Source of the DNA: Hydrogenophilaceae bacterium
GTDB lineage: Bacteria; Pseudomonadota; Gammaproteobacteria; Burkholderiales; Thiobacillaceae
Length of the DNA stretch: 64,000 nucleotides
Assembly (NCBI GenBank): GCA_024709485.1
Contig: JANJWO010000019.1
Coordinates: 33,554 to 97,553 of the forward strand
Direction of reading: 5' to 3'
Shown here: in pieces, positions 29,856-40,114 of the stretch
Layout: each line of letters opens with the position of its first letter
Position numbering within the stretch: position 1 is the first letter of the stretch
Notes under the pieces: generated by a model
Databases searched by the model: none
Told to the model about the DNA's origin: nothing
The model's input: only the letters and a program-made list of their open reading frames with translations
Program-made: the position numbers and the translations under genes

Positions 29856-32078
29856 ATGGCCCGACATTTTCTGATCACCGGTCAGGTGCAGGGCGTCGGC
29901 TACCGGCCCTTCGTCTATCGCCTGGCGCATGAACTGAAGCTTAACGGCTGGGTGCGCAACGTCACCGGCAGCGTGGAAATCCACGCCGAAGGCAGCGCGC
30001 AAAATCTCGACCGCTTCGCCGAGGGCCTCGTCAGCCGGGCGCCGGCCATCGCACGCCCGCGGCTGACGGAAGCCACGGCCGCCGCCTGCCAGCCCCACGC
30101 GGATTTTTCCATCCTGCCCAGCCACGTCGGCGAGGCGCACATCCATGTGCCGCCGGATTTCTTCACCTGCGAAGACTGCCTGCGCGAACTGAACGACCCG
30201 GCCGACCGCCGCCATCGCTACCCCTTCATCAACTGCACCCAGTGCGGGCCGCGCTACACCCTGATCGAGTCGCTGCCCTACGACCGCCCCCGCACCACCA
30301 TGAAGGACTTTCCGCTGTGCGAAGCCTGCGCGCGCGAATACATGGACCCGCTCGACCGCCGCTTCCATGCCGAACCGGTGGCCTGTGCCGTGTGCGGGCC
30401 GCAACTGAGCTTCGTCGAGCCGGGCGAGCCCGAGATCGCCGGCAACGATGCGGCGCTTGACGCCGCCATCGATTTCCTGCGCGACGGCTACACCCTTGCC
30501 GTGAAAGGCATCGGCGGCTATCACCTGATGTGCGATGCGAAGAACGACGAGGCGGTGTCCCGCCTGCGCACGCGCAAGCCGCGCCCGTTCAAGCCGCTGG
30601 CGGTGATGTTCCCGGCTGACGAGCAGGCCCTCGCGGCTTGCGTGGCACTCGATGCGGAAAGCGCCGCGCTCCTGCGCTCACCGCAGCGGCCGGTCGTGCT
30701 GCTGGCGAAAACCCTCCCCGAAGCCTTGAGCGCCAACATTGCGCCGGGCCTCGACGAAATCGGCTGCATGCTGCCCTACAGCCCGCTGCACGCCCTGCTG
30801 CTTTCCGGTTTCGGCGGACCGCTGGTGGCGACCTCGGGCAACCTCAGCGGTGAGCCGGTGCTGACCGACAACGCCGAAGCGGAGGCGCGCCTCGGCAAAG
30901 TGGCCGACGCCTTCCTGCACCACAACCGCCCCATCGCGCGCCCGGCGGACGATTCCGTGTATCGCGGCATCGCCGGCAAGCCGCGCCCGCTGCGCCTCGG
31001 GCGCGGCGCCGCACCGCTGGAGCTGGAACTGGCGGCGGAACTGCCCGAGCCGGTGCTGGCGCTGGGCGCGCACACCAAGAACGCCATCGCCCTGGCCTGG
31101 CAGAACCGCGCCGTGATCTCGCCGCACATCGGCGACCTCTCCAGCCTGAAAAGCCAGGAGACCCTCGCGCGCGTCGCCGCCGACCTGCAGGCGCTGTATC
31201 AGGTGCGGGCGCGGCGCCTGCTGATCGACCGCCATCCCGGCTACGGCTACCGCCGCTTCGCGCGCGAAAGCGGCCTGCCCGTATTCGAAGTGCCGCATCA
31301 CCACGCCCACGCCTCGGCGCTGGCCGGGGAATTCCCCGCAGCGGAAAACCTCATCGTGTTCGCCTGGGATGGCGTGGGCCTGGGCGAGCGCCAGGAACTG
31401 TGGGGCGGCGAGGCCTTTGTCGGCGCGCCTGGCCGCTGGCGGCATGCGGCCAGCTTCAAGCCTTTCCGCCTGCCCGGCGGCGAGCAGGCCGGGCGCGAAC
31501 CCTGGCGTTCCGCCGCCGCCTTGCTGTGGGAATGCGGCCGCGCCGCGCCCTTCGCCCCCGCCCTGCTGCACGACGCCTGGCGCAAGGGCATCAACTGCCC
31601 GTCCACGCGCGCCGCCGGCCGCCTGTTCGACGCCGCCGCCGCGCTCACCGGCCTCTGCAGTCACGCCAGTTTCGAGGGCGAAGGGCCGATGCGGCTGGAG
31701 GCCGCGGCCGCCCGGTACGGCGAAGCCCGGCCTGTCGACTTGCCGCTCACCCAGGACGATTCCGGCCTGTGGCTATGCGACTGGGCGCCGCTCTTGCCCA
31801 TGCTGACGGATCACACCCTTGCGCCCGCTCAACGCGCCGCCTGCTTTCATGCCAGCCTCGCCCATGCCTTGCTGGCGCAGGCGCAGAAGCTGCGCGAGCA
31901 GCGCGGCATCGGCGACGTCGGCCTCAGCGGCGGGGTGTTCCAGAACCGCCTGCTTTGCGAAACCGCCAAGGCCCTGCTGGAACGGCATGGATTTACCGTG
32001 CTGTTGCCGCAACGTGTGCCGCTCAACGATGCCGGGGTATGCTTGGGGCAGGTGATCGAATACCTGCATGCCGCATGA
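29856..32078 (+). CDS. hypF: Carbamoyltransferase HypF
   Basis: GQVQGVGYRPFVY, zinc-finger CxxC pairs, KGIGGYHL, HHHAHA, DGVG, NDAGVCLGQ. Alternative GTG start at 29832. Confidence 0.95.
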   Translation: MARHFLITGQVQGVGYRPFVYRLAHELKLNGWVRNVTGSVEIHAEGSAQNLDRFAEGLVSRAPAIARPRLTEATAAACQPHADFSILPSHVGEAHIHVPPDFFTCEDCLRELNDPADRRHRYPFINCTQCGPRYTLIESLPYDRPRTTMKDFPLCEACAREYMDPLDRRFHAEPVACAVCGPQLSFVEPGEPEIAGNDAALDAAIDFLRDGYTLAVKGIGGYHLMCDAKNDEAVSRLRTRKPRPFKPLAVMFPADEQALAACVALDAESAALLRSPQRPVVLLAKTLPEALSANIAPGLDEIGCMLPYSPLHALLLSGFGGPLVATSGNLSGEPVLTDNAEAEARLGKVADAFLHHNRPIARPADDSVYRGIAGKPRPLRLGRGAAPLELELAAELPEPVLALGAHTKNAIALAWQNRAVISPHIGDLSSLKSQETLARVAADLQALYQVRARRLLIDRHPGYGYRRFARESGLPVFEVPHHHAHASALAGEFPAAENLIVFAWDGVGLGERQELWGGEAFVGAPGRWRHAASFKPFRLPGGEQAGREPWRSAAALLWECGRAAPFAPALLHDAWRKGINCPSTRAAGRLFDAAAALTGLCSHASFEGEGPMRLEAAAARYGEARPVDLPLTQDDSGLWLCDWAPLLPMLTDHTLAPAQRAACFHASLAHALLAQAQKLREQRGIGDVGLSGGVFQNRLLCETAKALLERHGFTVLLPQRVPLNDAGVCLGQVIEYLHAA

Positions 32079-32093
32079 AGTCGGAAACCAAAA

Positions 32094-32222
32094 TGACCGC
32101 GAAAGGCACGGAGCTTTTTAAAAGCCCGGAACACAGAGGTAACAGAGGAAGCAGAGAAAAACTCAGCAACAGGTCGCCTCCTGGTTTTCCTCTGCTCCCT
32201 CTGCTTCCTCTGTGTAATCGGT
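32094..32222. repeat. 9-bp-period palindromic element, subfamily B, composite (copy 8)
   Basis: Outer TGACCGCGAAAGGCACGGAG, then inner ACACAGAGGTAACAGAGGAAGCAGAG ... CTCTGCTCCCTCTGCTTCCTCTGTGT. Between hypF and hypE. Confidence 0.9.
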
Positions 32223-32256
32223 ATTTTTCCACCAACGCGATTCAACCCTTATCTTG

Positions 32257-33264
32257 ATGATGAACGACGAACGCATCCTCCTCGCCCACGGCAACGGCGG
32301 CCGCTACATGCGCGAACTGATCACGGAAATCTTCGCGCGCCACCTTGGCAATCCGGTGCTCGACACCGACGCCGATGCCGTGCACCTGCCCGACCTCAAG
32401 GGCGAAATCATGGTCACCACCGACGGCTTCACCGTGCAGCCGCTGGAATTCCCCGGCGGCAACCTCGGTTCGCTCGCGGTGCACGGCGTCGTCAACGACC
32501 TCGCGGTGGCCGGCGCCGAGCCGCGCTACGCCACGCTCTCCGCCATCATCGAGGAAGGCCTGGAGTTTTCGGTGCTGGAGCGCCTGATCGCGAGCTTCGC
32601 CGCCGCCGCCAAGGAAAACGGCCTGCAGGTTGCGGCCGGCGACACCAAGGTGGTGCGCAGGTCCGAGGGCGGCGGCCTGTATCTGTCGGTGGCCGGCATC
32701 GGCCAGCGCGCCGCCTCGCAGAAGCTCGGCATGCAGCGGATCGAAGCCGGCGACGCCGTGCTGGTGTCCGGCCCCATCGGCGACCACGGCATCGCGGTGA
32801 TGCTGGCGCGCGAGCAGTTCGGCCTCTCCGGCGCATTGCAGTCCGACTCCGCCTCGGTGCTGCCGCTGGCGCGCGCCGCCTGGCACCAACCCGGCCTCAG
32901 ATTCATGCGTGACCCCACGCGCGGCGGCCTTGCCACCGTGGCGCACGAAATCGCCCGCGCCACCGGCCATGACCTTGTCTTGCAGCAAGACAAGCTGCCC
33001 GTGCGCGATGAAGTCCAGTCGGTATGCGACATGCTCGGTTACGACCCCTACTACCTTGCCTGCGAGGGCCGCATCGTCGCGGTCGTGAAGCAAGATGCCG
33101 CCGAGAATGTCCTCAAGGCCTGGCGTGAATTTCCCAACGGCAAGGATGCCGCCCGCATCGGCCGCGTCGAGCCCGGCAAGGGCCGCGTGGTGCTGGAAAC
33201 CGCGCTGGGCGGCCGGCGCATGCTGGACGAACTGGAGGACGATCCGCTGCCAAGGATTTGCTAG
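32257..33264 (+). CDS. hypE: Carbamoyl dehydratase HypE
   Basis: LAHGNGG, TTDGF, GDTKVV, RDPTRGG, C-terminal PRIC. Confidence 0.95.
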   Translation: MMNDERILLAHGNGGRYMRELITEIFARHLGNPVLDTDADAVHLPDLKGEIMVTTDGFTVQPLEFPGGNLGSLAVHGVVNDLAVAGAEPRYATLSAIIEEGLEFSVLERLIASFAAAAKENGLQVAAGDTKVVRRSEGGGLYLSVAGIGQRAASQKLGMQRIEAGDAVLVSGPIGDHGIAVMLAREQFGLSGALQSDSASVLPLARAAWHQPGLRFMRDPTRGGLATVAHEIARATGHDLVLQQDKLPVRDEVQSVCDMLGYDPYYLACEGRIVAVVKQDAAENVLKAWREFPNGKDAARIGRVEPGKGRVVLETALGGRRMLDELEDDPLPRIC

Positions 33265-33287
33265 GAACCCGCGCCCGCGCGCCGCCG

Positions 33288-33713
33288 TCAGAACGCCTCC
33301 AGCTTCACATCCAGCGCAGCCATGTCGCTCGGGCATTCGCGATAGCTTTGGGTGATCACCACCGGGTTCAACGGATTGTGCGGGTCGGCCGGGATCTCGG
33401 CCTTGCCGCCGGGGTTCAGGCTCGAAGACAGGGAAAACCTGTCGGTGGCGAGGACTTCGCCCGAGGCCGAGAGCGCCTTCACGTTGAACAGCAGCACGTT
33501 GTATTTCCTGCCGCCGACGTTCTCGATGGAAAGGCCGCCCGCGCAGGTGCTCCCCGACGGCGGCGCCGCGATGGTTTGGTATGCGAGCGTGGCCCTGATC
33601 CCCTGCTCCACCCAGTAGAAGCCGTAGCGCTTCGCGGCTTCGCGCTGCGGGGCGGCGCCGCAGCCCGCCAGCACGAAAACCAGCGCCAGCGCGGCAAATC
33701 CTGTCTTGAACAT
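33288..33713 (-). CDS. Hypothetical lipoprotein
   Basis: Signal peptide with lipobox LAGC. Beta-rich mature part with two Cys. Confidence 0.65.
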   Translation of the reverse strand: MFKTGFAALALVFVLAGCGAAPQREAAKRYGFYWVEQGIRATLAYQTIAAPPSGSTCAGGLSIENVGGRKYNVLLFNVKALSASGEVLATDRFSLSSSLNPGGKAEIPADPHNPLNPVVITQSYRECPSDMAALDVKLEAF

Positions 33714-33809
33714 TGCGAACCCCTTCAATGGATGCTTGCAGACGGGCCGCTCGGCCCCTGCTGATCGGTATAGCACAAGCGGCCTGCGCGGCGGCGCGGG
33801 CTCTTCGCC

Positions 33810-34463
33810 CTACTCCGGCGTTTCGGTCAGCACGTTCTGCAGGTGATGGCGGTCGGCCCAGCTTTCCAGGCGCCAGCCGCGGGCGTCGAAACTGAACCAG
33901 TTGAGGCCGCAGTTGGGAATCTTGAAATCGCGCGGCGCGGAGAGCGGCCGGCCGGTGGCCTTGCGGAACAGGATGTCGAGCACGCCGCCGTGCGTCACCG
34001 CCGCGAGGGTCTGGCCGGGGTGGTGGCGCACCATCCAGTCCACCGCCTCGGCGACGCGCGCGGCGAGGTCGAGCAGACTCTCGCCGGTCTCGAAAGCGTA
34101 GTGCGGGTCGCGCGCGGCATAGCGCTGATAGGCCTCGGGATAGCGTTGCTCGCCCTCGGCCGCGGTCAAGCCCTGGAAGAGGCCGTAGTGGCGTTCCCTC
34201 AGATTCGGCAGCAGCCGGATCTCCTGGCCTTCGCGCTCGGCCAGCGCCCGCGCGGTATCGGCCGCGCGCACGAGGTCGCTGCTGTAGATGGCCTTGAAGC
34301 TGACGTGCGCCGCGCTGAACGCCATCGCCACCGCCTGGGCGCGGCCCTTTTCGTTGAGGGGAATGTCGATCTGGCCCTGGATGCGCTTTTCCACATTCCA
34401 GTCGGTTTCGCCGTGGCGCACGAAACAGATACGCGTGGCGGCGGGAGGGCTTGGGTGAGGCAT
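33810..34463 (-). CDS. Histidine phosphatase (GpmB/CobC-like)
   Basis: RHGETDWN, SSDLVRA, LRER, GES, VTHGG. Confidence 0.9.
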   Translation of the reverse strand: MPHPSPPAATRICFVRHGETDWNVEKRIQGQIDIPLNEKGRAQAVAMAFSAAHVSFKAIYSSDLVRAADTARALAEREGQEIRLLPNLRERHYGLFQGLTAAEGEQRYPEAYQRYAARDPHYAFETGESLLDLAARVAEAVDWMVRHHPGQTLAAVTHGGVLDILFRKATGRPLSAPRDFKIPNCGLNWFSFDARGWRLESWADRHHLQNVLTETPE

Positions 34464-34591
34464 GACGAAAACGAAAACTTGGATTCAGGCGGGAATCTGA
34501 CACAAAATCCGCCCAGCGTCTGCATCGTTCGGTTTCATCAGTCGAAATGCAGGCCCTAGAATGGATGCATGCCTACGACAAGGAGACAGCC

Positions 34592-35688
<1,097 letters not shown>

Positions 35689-35692
<4 letters not shown>

Positions 35693-37287
35693 AGCCATCC
35701 GGCAATCACCAGCCGTCGATTCGTCGAATCCCGCTGTTGCAATTCAGGCTGTTGCAATCCAGGCTGTTGCAATCCGCGGCGCTCGGCATCGGCCTTGCCC
35801 TGGCTGCCGCCGTCGCGCAGGCGCAAAGCTTCACCGGCCCGCAAAGCTCGCAGCCGCCCTACATCGTCCCCAGCGCGCCCGGCTGGGAGGTGACTGCGCT
35901 CATCAGCGCCGGCGACCGCACCCGGGACGGGGCATATCGCATGGTCGGCCTTCCCGACGGCATGGGCGCGCTGCCCGGGCGCTTCGCCGAGAGCGGCGAG
36001 CACCTTGACGACAAGGCCTACCTGACGGTTTTCCTGAACCATGAACTCGCAGCCGGCGCCGGCGCCGTGCGCGCCCATGGACAGAGCGGCGCCTTCGTTT
36101 CGCAATGGACGCTGCGCCTGGACGGCATGGAGGTGATCCATGGGCAGGATCTGATCACCCGCGTCATGACTTGGGACAAAAACGGCTATGCCGACAGCAC
36201 CGGCCGCACCCGCTTCAACCGCTTCTGCTCCGCCGACCTGCCGGCCAGGACCGCGTTTTTCAATCCGCGCAGCGGCAAGGGCTTCAACGGCCGCATCTAC
36301 CTGAATGGCGAGGAAGCCGGCGCCGATGGCCGCGCCTTCGCCACCCTCCTCAGCGGGCGGGAAAAGGGCACCAGCTACGAACTGCCCTGGCTTGGCAGGT
36401 TCTCATGGGAAAACGCCGTGGCCCACCCCGATGCCGGCGACAAGACGCTGGTGGTGGGCCTCGACGACGCCAGCCCGGGCCAGGTGTATGTCTATGTGGG
36501 CGACAAGCGGCGCACGGGCAATGCGATCGAAAGGGCCGGGCTGCAGGGCGGCAGGCTGTATGGCATCAAGGTCACGCGCGCGGGCGGCGAATACGGCGGC
36601 GCGGCGGCGCCGCGCGAGGACAAGGGCGCCATCGACGGCCGCTTCGAACTGGTCGAGGTGGCGGCCGGCGTTCCCGGCGCCCTGCTGCAGGCGCAGTCGG
36701 AGGCCGGCGGCGTCACCGAATTCGCCCGCCCGGAAGACGGCCAGTGGGACACCGTGAACCCCCGGGTGTTCTACTTCGCCACCACCGGCGCAGCCATCGG
36801 CCGCCCGCAGAGCGCGCGGCTCTACAAGTTGAGCTTCGACTCGCTGAGCCGGCCGACCGGCGGGCGCATCGAGCCGGTGATCGATTCCGCCGACATGCTC
36901 GGCACGGACGGCGAGCGCGCCCGCTCCTTCGACAACCTCACGGTCGATGGCGACGGCAAGCTCATCGTCCAGGAAGATCCGGGCGGCGCGTATCTCGCCA
37001 AGATCTGGAAGATCGATCCCGCCACCCGCGAGTACGCGCAGATTTTCGTCTCCGACCGCGAGCGCTTCCTGCCGGACGGCTCGAACTATCTGACCCGGGA
37101 CGAAGAAAATTCCGGCGTGATCGAGGTGACCGGGATCGTCGAACACGCCAGCTGGTACGAGCCGGGGCGCCGCTACTTTCTGGGCGCCACCCAGGCGCAT
37201 TACCGCCTGCCCGGCGAACTGGTGCAGGGCGGGCAGCTCTACCTGATGGCCTCGCCGGCGGTTGCGCTCGGCAAGCCCGGGAAATGA
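35689..37287 (+). CDS. Secreted PhoX-like (DUF839) alkaline phosphatase-family protein
   Basis: PDGMG, LNHE, RFCSADL, NGEE, GRFSWEN, RPEDG, DNL..QED, E.SG motifs. ATG overlaps the upstream stop. Confidence 0.7.
35733..35775 (+). repeat. 15-bp tandem repeat x3 in the signal peptide
   Basis: GCTGTTGCAAT(T/C)CAG x3 (last copy truncated), encodes LLQFRLLQSRLLQS. Confidence 0.85.
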
Positions 37288-37360
37288 TTCGGGCGACGGC
37301 GCGGAACCTGCTTTTTCAGGCGCGTCGCCCGATCGACGGCGAATCGGTATAATGCGCAGC

Positions 37361-37464
37361 GTCATTGGGGAGTAGCCGCTCTTCGCGCTGAAGAGGCTTG
37401 CGTCAACACACTTGCCAGGCTTGGCATGGCGCAAGCGGTTTCCGGATTTGGCAAGACCTTTGAC
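37361..37464 (+). ncRNA. yybP-ykoY (Mn2+) riboswitch
   Basis: GGGGAGTAGCC ... CGTCAACACAC ... TGGCG ... GGCAAGACC hallmarks. TATAAT at 37348. Upstream of a UPF0016 gene. Confidence 0.88.
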
Positions 37465-37528
37465 CGCACTACCTTCGAGGCCGGATGGGTAGTGGGGTCA
37501 ATCGTCATAATCCGGCCGGGACCACCAC

Positions 37529-38104
37529 ATGGAAGCTTTCTTCGTCTCCACGGGCATCGTTGCCCTGGCTGAAATCGGCGACAAGACGCAATTGCTCGCC
37601 TTTCTGCTCGCCGCCAAATTCCGCAAGCCCATTCCCATCATCGCCGGCATTTTGCTTGCCACCATCGCCAACCATGCCTTCGCCGGCGCGCTGGGCGCCT
37701 GGATCACGTCACTGCTGACGCCGGAAACCATGCGCTGGGCGCTCGGCCTCTCGTTTCTCGGCATGGCCGCCTGGATGCTCATTCCAGACAAATTCGAAGA
37801 GGGTGACGCGAGGCTGGCCAAGTATGGGGCATTCGGAACGACGCTGATCGCATTCTTCCTGGCGGAGATGGGCGACAAGACGCAGGTGGCAACAGTCGCC
37901 TTGGCCGCCCAGTATCACGCCTTCTTTTCGGTGGTTGCCGGCACCACGGTGGGCATGATGATCGCCAACATACCGGCAGTGCTCTTGGGCGACCGCATCG
38001 CCGACAAGATGCCCGTGCGTGCAGTGCATGCCGTTGCCGCCGGCATTTTCGCCATCCTCGGCATGGCCACCCTGCTTGGCGCCGGAAAGGGACTCGGCCT
38101 CTAG
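37529..38104 (+). CDS. UPF0016/TMEM165/GDT1 family Mn2+/Ca2+ exporter
   Basis: Two E-x-G-D-K-T-Q motifs (AEIGDKTQ, AEMGDKTQ). Confidence 0.92.
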   Translation: MEAFFVSTGIVALAEIGDKTQLLAFLLAAKFRKPIPIIAGILLATIANHAFAGALGAWITSLLTPETMRWALGLSFLGMAAWMLIPDKFEEGDARLAKYGAFGTTLIAFFLAEMGDKTQVATVALAAQYHAFFSVVAGTTVGMMIANIPAVLLGDRIADKMPVRAVHAVAAGIFAILGMATLLGAGKGLGL

Positions 38105-38177
38105 ACCAGATTCAGCGGCGCACGCCCGGCGAGCCGCCGCCATGTTTTTCTGCCAGGCCAATGGCAAGCCAGCGCCC

Positions 38178-38262
38178 TGGTGCGGAAGGGGGGACTCGAA
38201 CCCCCACACCTTGCGGCGCTGGAACCTAAATCCAGTGCGTCTACCAATTCCGCCACTTCCGC
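38178..38262 (-). tRNA. tRNA-Leu (anticodon TAG)
   Basis: GCGGAAGTGGCGGAATTGGTAGACGC-A-CTGGA-TTTAGGT-TCCAG, long variable arm, GTTCGAGTC, encoded CCA. 85 nt. Confidence 0.97.
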
Positions 38263-38388
38263 GTTCCGGCCGGTCTGCCAAGCCCTGCGCAAACCGGTTT
38301 TGGGGCGGCAATAGTAATATAATCATGCCGCCGCTGCCAGCCGGCCAGCCCTGCCGCCGGCCGTTTCGCCTCTTCATTCTTTCCGCTC

Positions 38389-39279
38389 GTGCCGGTCGAC
38401 CATTACGAAAATTTCCCTGTCGCGTCGTTCGTCCTGCCGCCGCGCCTGCGCCATGCCGTGGAAGTCCTCTACGCCTTCGCGCGCACGGCGGACGATTTCG
38501 CGGACGAAGGCGATGCCTCGGCGGCCGAGCGCATCGCCGCGCTGGATGAATACGAAAGCCAGCTGGACAGGATCGAGCGCGGTGAACGCCCCGAGTCCGG
38601 CTTGTTCCTCCAGCTCGCGGACGCGGTGCGCACGCATCGGTTGCCGCTGCAGCCGTTGCGCGACCTGCTTTCGGCTTTCCGCCAGGACGTCGGCAAGACC
38701 CGCTATGCAAATTTCGGCGAAGTCATGGACTATTGCCGGCGCTCGGCCAATCCGGTGGGACGTTTGCTCATGGCGCTGTTCGAGGACGGCGACGCGCGCC
38801 ACCTGGCCTGCGCCGACGGCCTGTGCAGCAGCCTGCAGCTGATCAATTTCCTGCAGGACGTCGCCATCGACTACCGCAAGGGGCGGGTGTATTTGCCGCA
38901 GGACGAACTCGCGCGCGCCGGCCTCTCGGATGCGCTGCTCGGCGTGCTGTGCGGCGAACCCCGGCCCGCGGCGCCGATCCCCGCCCTTGCGCCGCTGGGC
39001 GGCATCCCCGTGGTGTCGGCGATGTCCGCGCCGGAAGACCGCTTCCGCAGCTTCATGCACGCCCAGATCAGGCGCGTGCGCGGCATGCTGCAGGCCAGCG
39101 CGCCGCTGGGCCTGGTTTTGCCCGGCCGCATCGGCTTCGAGACGCGCATGATCATCGCCGGCGGCGACCGCATCCTGAGAAAGCTCTACAACGATCCGCT
39201 GGCGCCCTTGCAGCGCCGGGTCAAGCTCAACCCCTGGGACTGGACTGTTATCATCCTGCGTGCCGCCTTGAAGAAATGA
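38389..39279 (+). CDS. hpnC: Hydroxysqualene synthase HpnC
   Basis: HYENFPVAS, YAFARTADDFADEG, YCRRSANPVGRL, LQLINFLQDV. Confidence 0.92.
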   Translation: MPVDHYENFPVASFVLPPRLRHAVEVLYAFARTADDFADEGDASAAERIAALDEYESQLDRIERGERPESGLFLQLADAVRTHRLPLQPLRDLLSAFRQDVGKTRYANFGEVMDYCRRSANPVGRLLMALFEDGDARHLACADGLCSSLQLINFLQDVAIDYRKGRVYLPQDELARAGLSDALLGVLCGEPRPAAPIPALAPLGGIPVVSAMSAPEDRFRSFMHAQIRRVRGMLQASAPLGLVLPGRIGFETRMIIAGGDRILRKLYNDPLAPLQRRVKLNPWDWTVIILRAALKK

Positions 39280-39280
39280 C

Positions 39281-40114
39281 ATGACTCCCGACCAGTACTG
39301 CCAGGACAAGGCCGCCGCCAGCGGCTCCAGTTTCTATTACAGCTTCCGCGCGCTCAAGCCGGAGGTGCGCAAAGGCATCACCGCGTTCTACGCGCTGTGC
39401 CGGGAACTCGACGACGTGGTGGACGAATGCAGCGACCCGCAGGTCGCGCGCATCAAGCTGGCGTGGTGGCGCACGGAAATCGGCCGCCTGTACGAGAGCC
39501 AACCCGAGCACCCGGTGACCCAGGCGCTGCTGCCGGTGACGCATAGCCGCAACATCCCGCGCGAATGGCTGGAGGAGATCGTCGACGGCATGGAGATGGA
39601 TCTCGACCAGCAGCGCTACCCGGACTACAAAGCGCTGCTGCTCTACTGCCACCGCGCCGCCGGCGTGGTCGGCCAGGTCGCGGCGGAAATCTTCGGCTAC
39701 AGCAACCGCCAGACGCTGAAATACGCGCACGAGCTGGGGCTCGCCTTCCAGCTCACCAACATCATCCGCGACGTCGGCGAGGACGCGCGGCGCGGGCGCA
39801 TCTACCTGCCGCTCGAGGAGTTGGAACAGTTCGGGGTGAAGCCGGCGGAAATCCTCAACCGCCAGCATTCCGAGCGTTTCGCGCAGCTCATGCAGTTCCA
39901 GCACGAGCGCGCCGTGCAGCACTACGAACGCGCGCTCGCCTGGCTGCCGCAGGAAGACCGCAAGGCCCAGCGCGCGGGCCTCGCCATGGCCGCCATCTAC
40001 CGCGCCCTGCTCGAGGAAATCCGCCGCGACGGCTTCCATGTGCTGGACGGCAAGACCTCGCTCACCCCGCTGCGGAAACTGTGGCTGGCGTGGAAGGCGA
40101 TGACCTTCGCATGA
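39281..40114 (+). CDS. hpnD: Presqualene diphosphate synthase HpnD
   Basis: SGSSFYYSF, CRELDDVVDE, GMEMDL, FQLTNIIRDVGED. Confidence 0.93.
   Translation: MTPDQYCQDKAAASGSSFYYSFRALKPEVRKGITAFYALCRELDDVVDECSDPQVARIKLAWWRTEIGRLYESQPEHPVTQALLPVTHSRNIPREWLEEIVDGMEMDLDQQRYPDYKALLLYCHRAAGVVGQVAAEIFGYSNRQTLKYAHELGLAFQLTNIIRDVGEDARRGRIYLPLEELEQFGVKPAEILNRQHSERFAQLMQFQHERAVQHYERALAWLPQEDRKAQRAGLAMAAIYRALLEEIRRDGFHVLDGKTSLTPLRKLWLAWKAMTFA

Noticed and set aside
34495-34550. Pho box upstream of the sorbosone dehydrogenase/PhoX-like genes
   Set aside because: A single CTGACAC-like half-site without a convincing 11-bp-period partner.
38105-38262. Genomic island integrated at tRNA-Leu
   Set aside because: No integrase next to the tRNA 3' end and no duplicated tRNA 3' fragment seen in the window.
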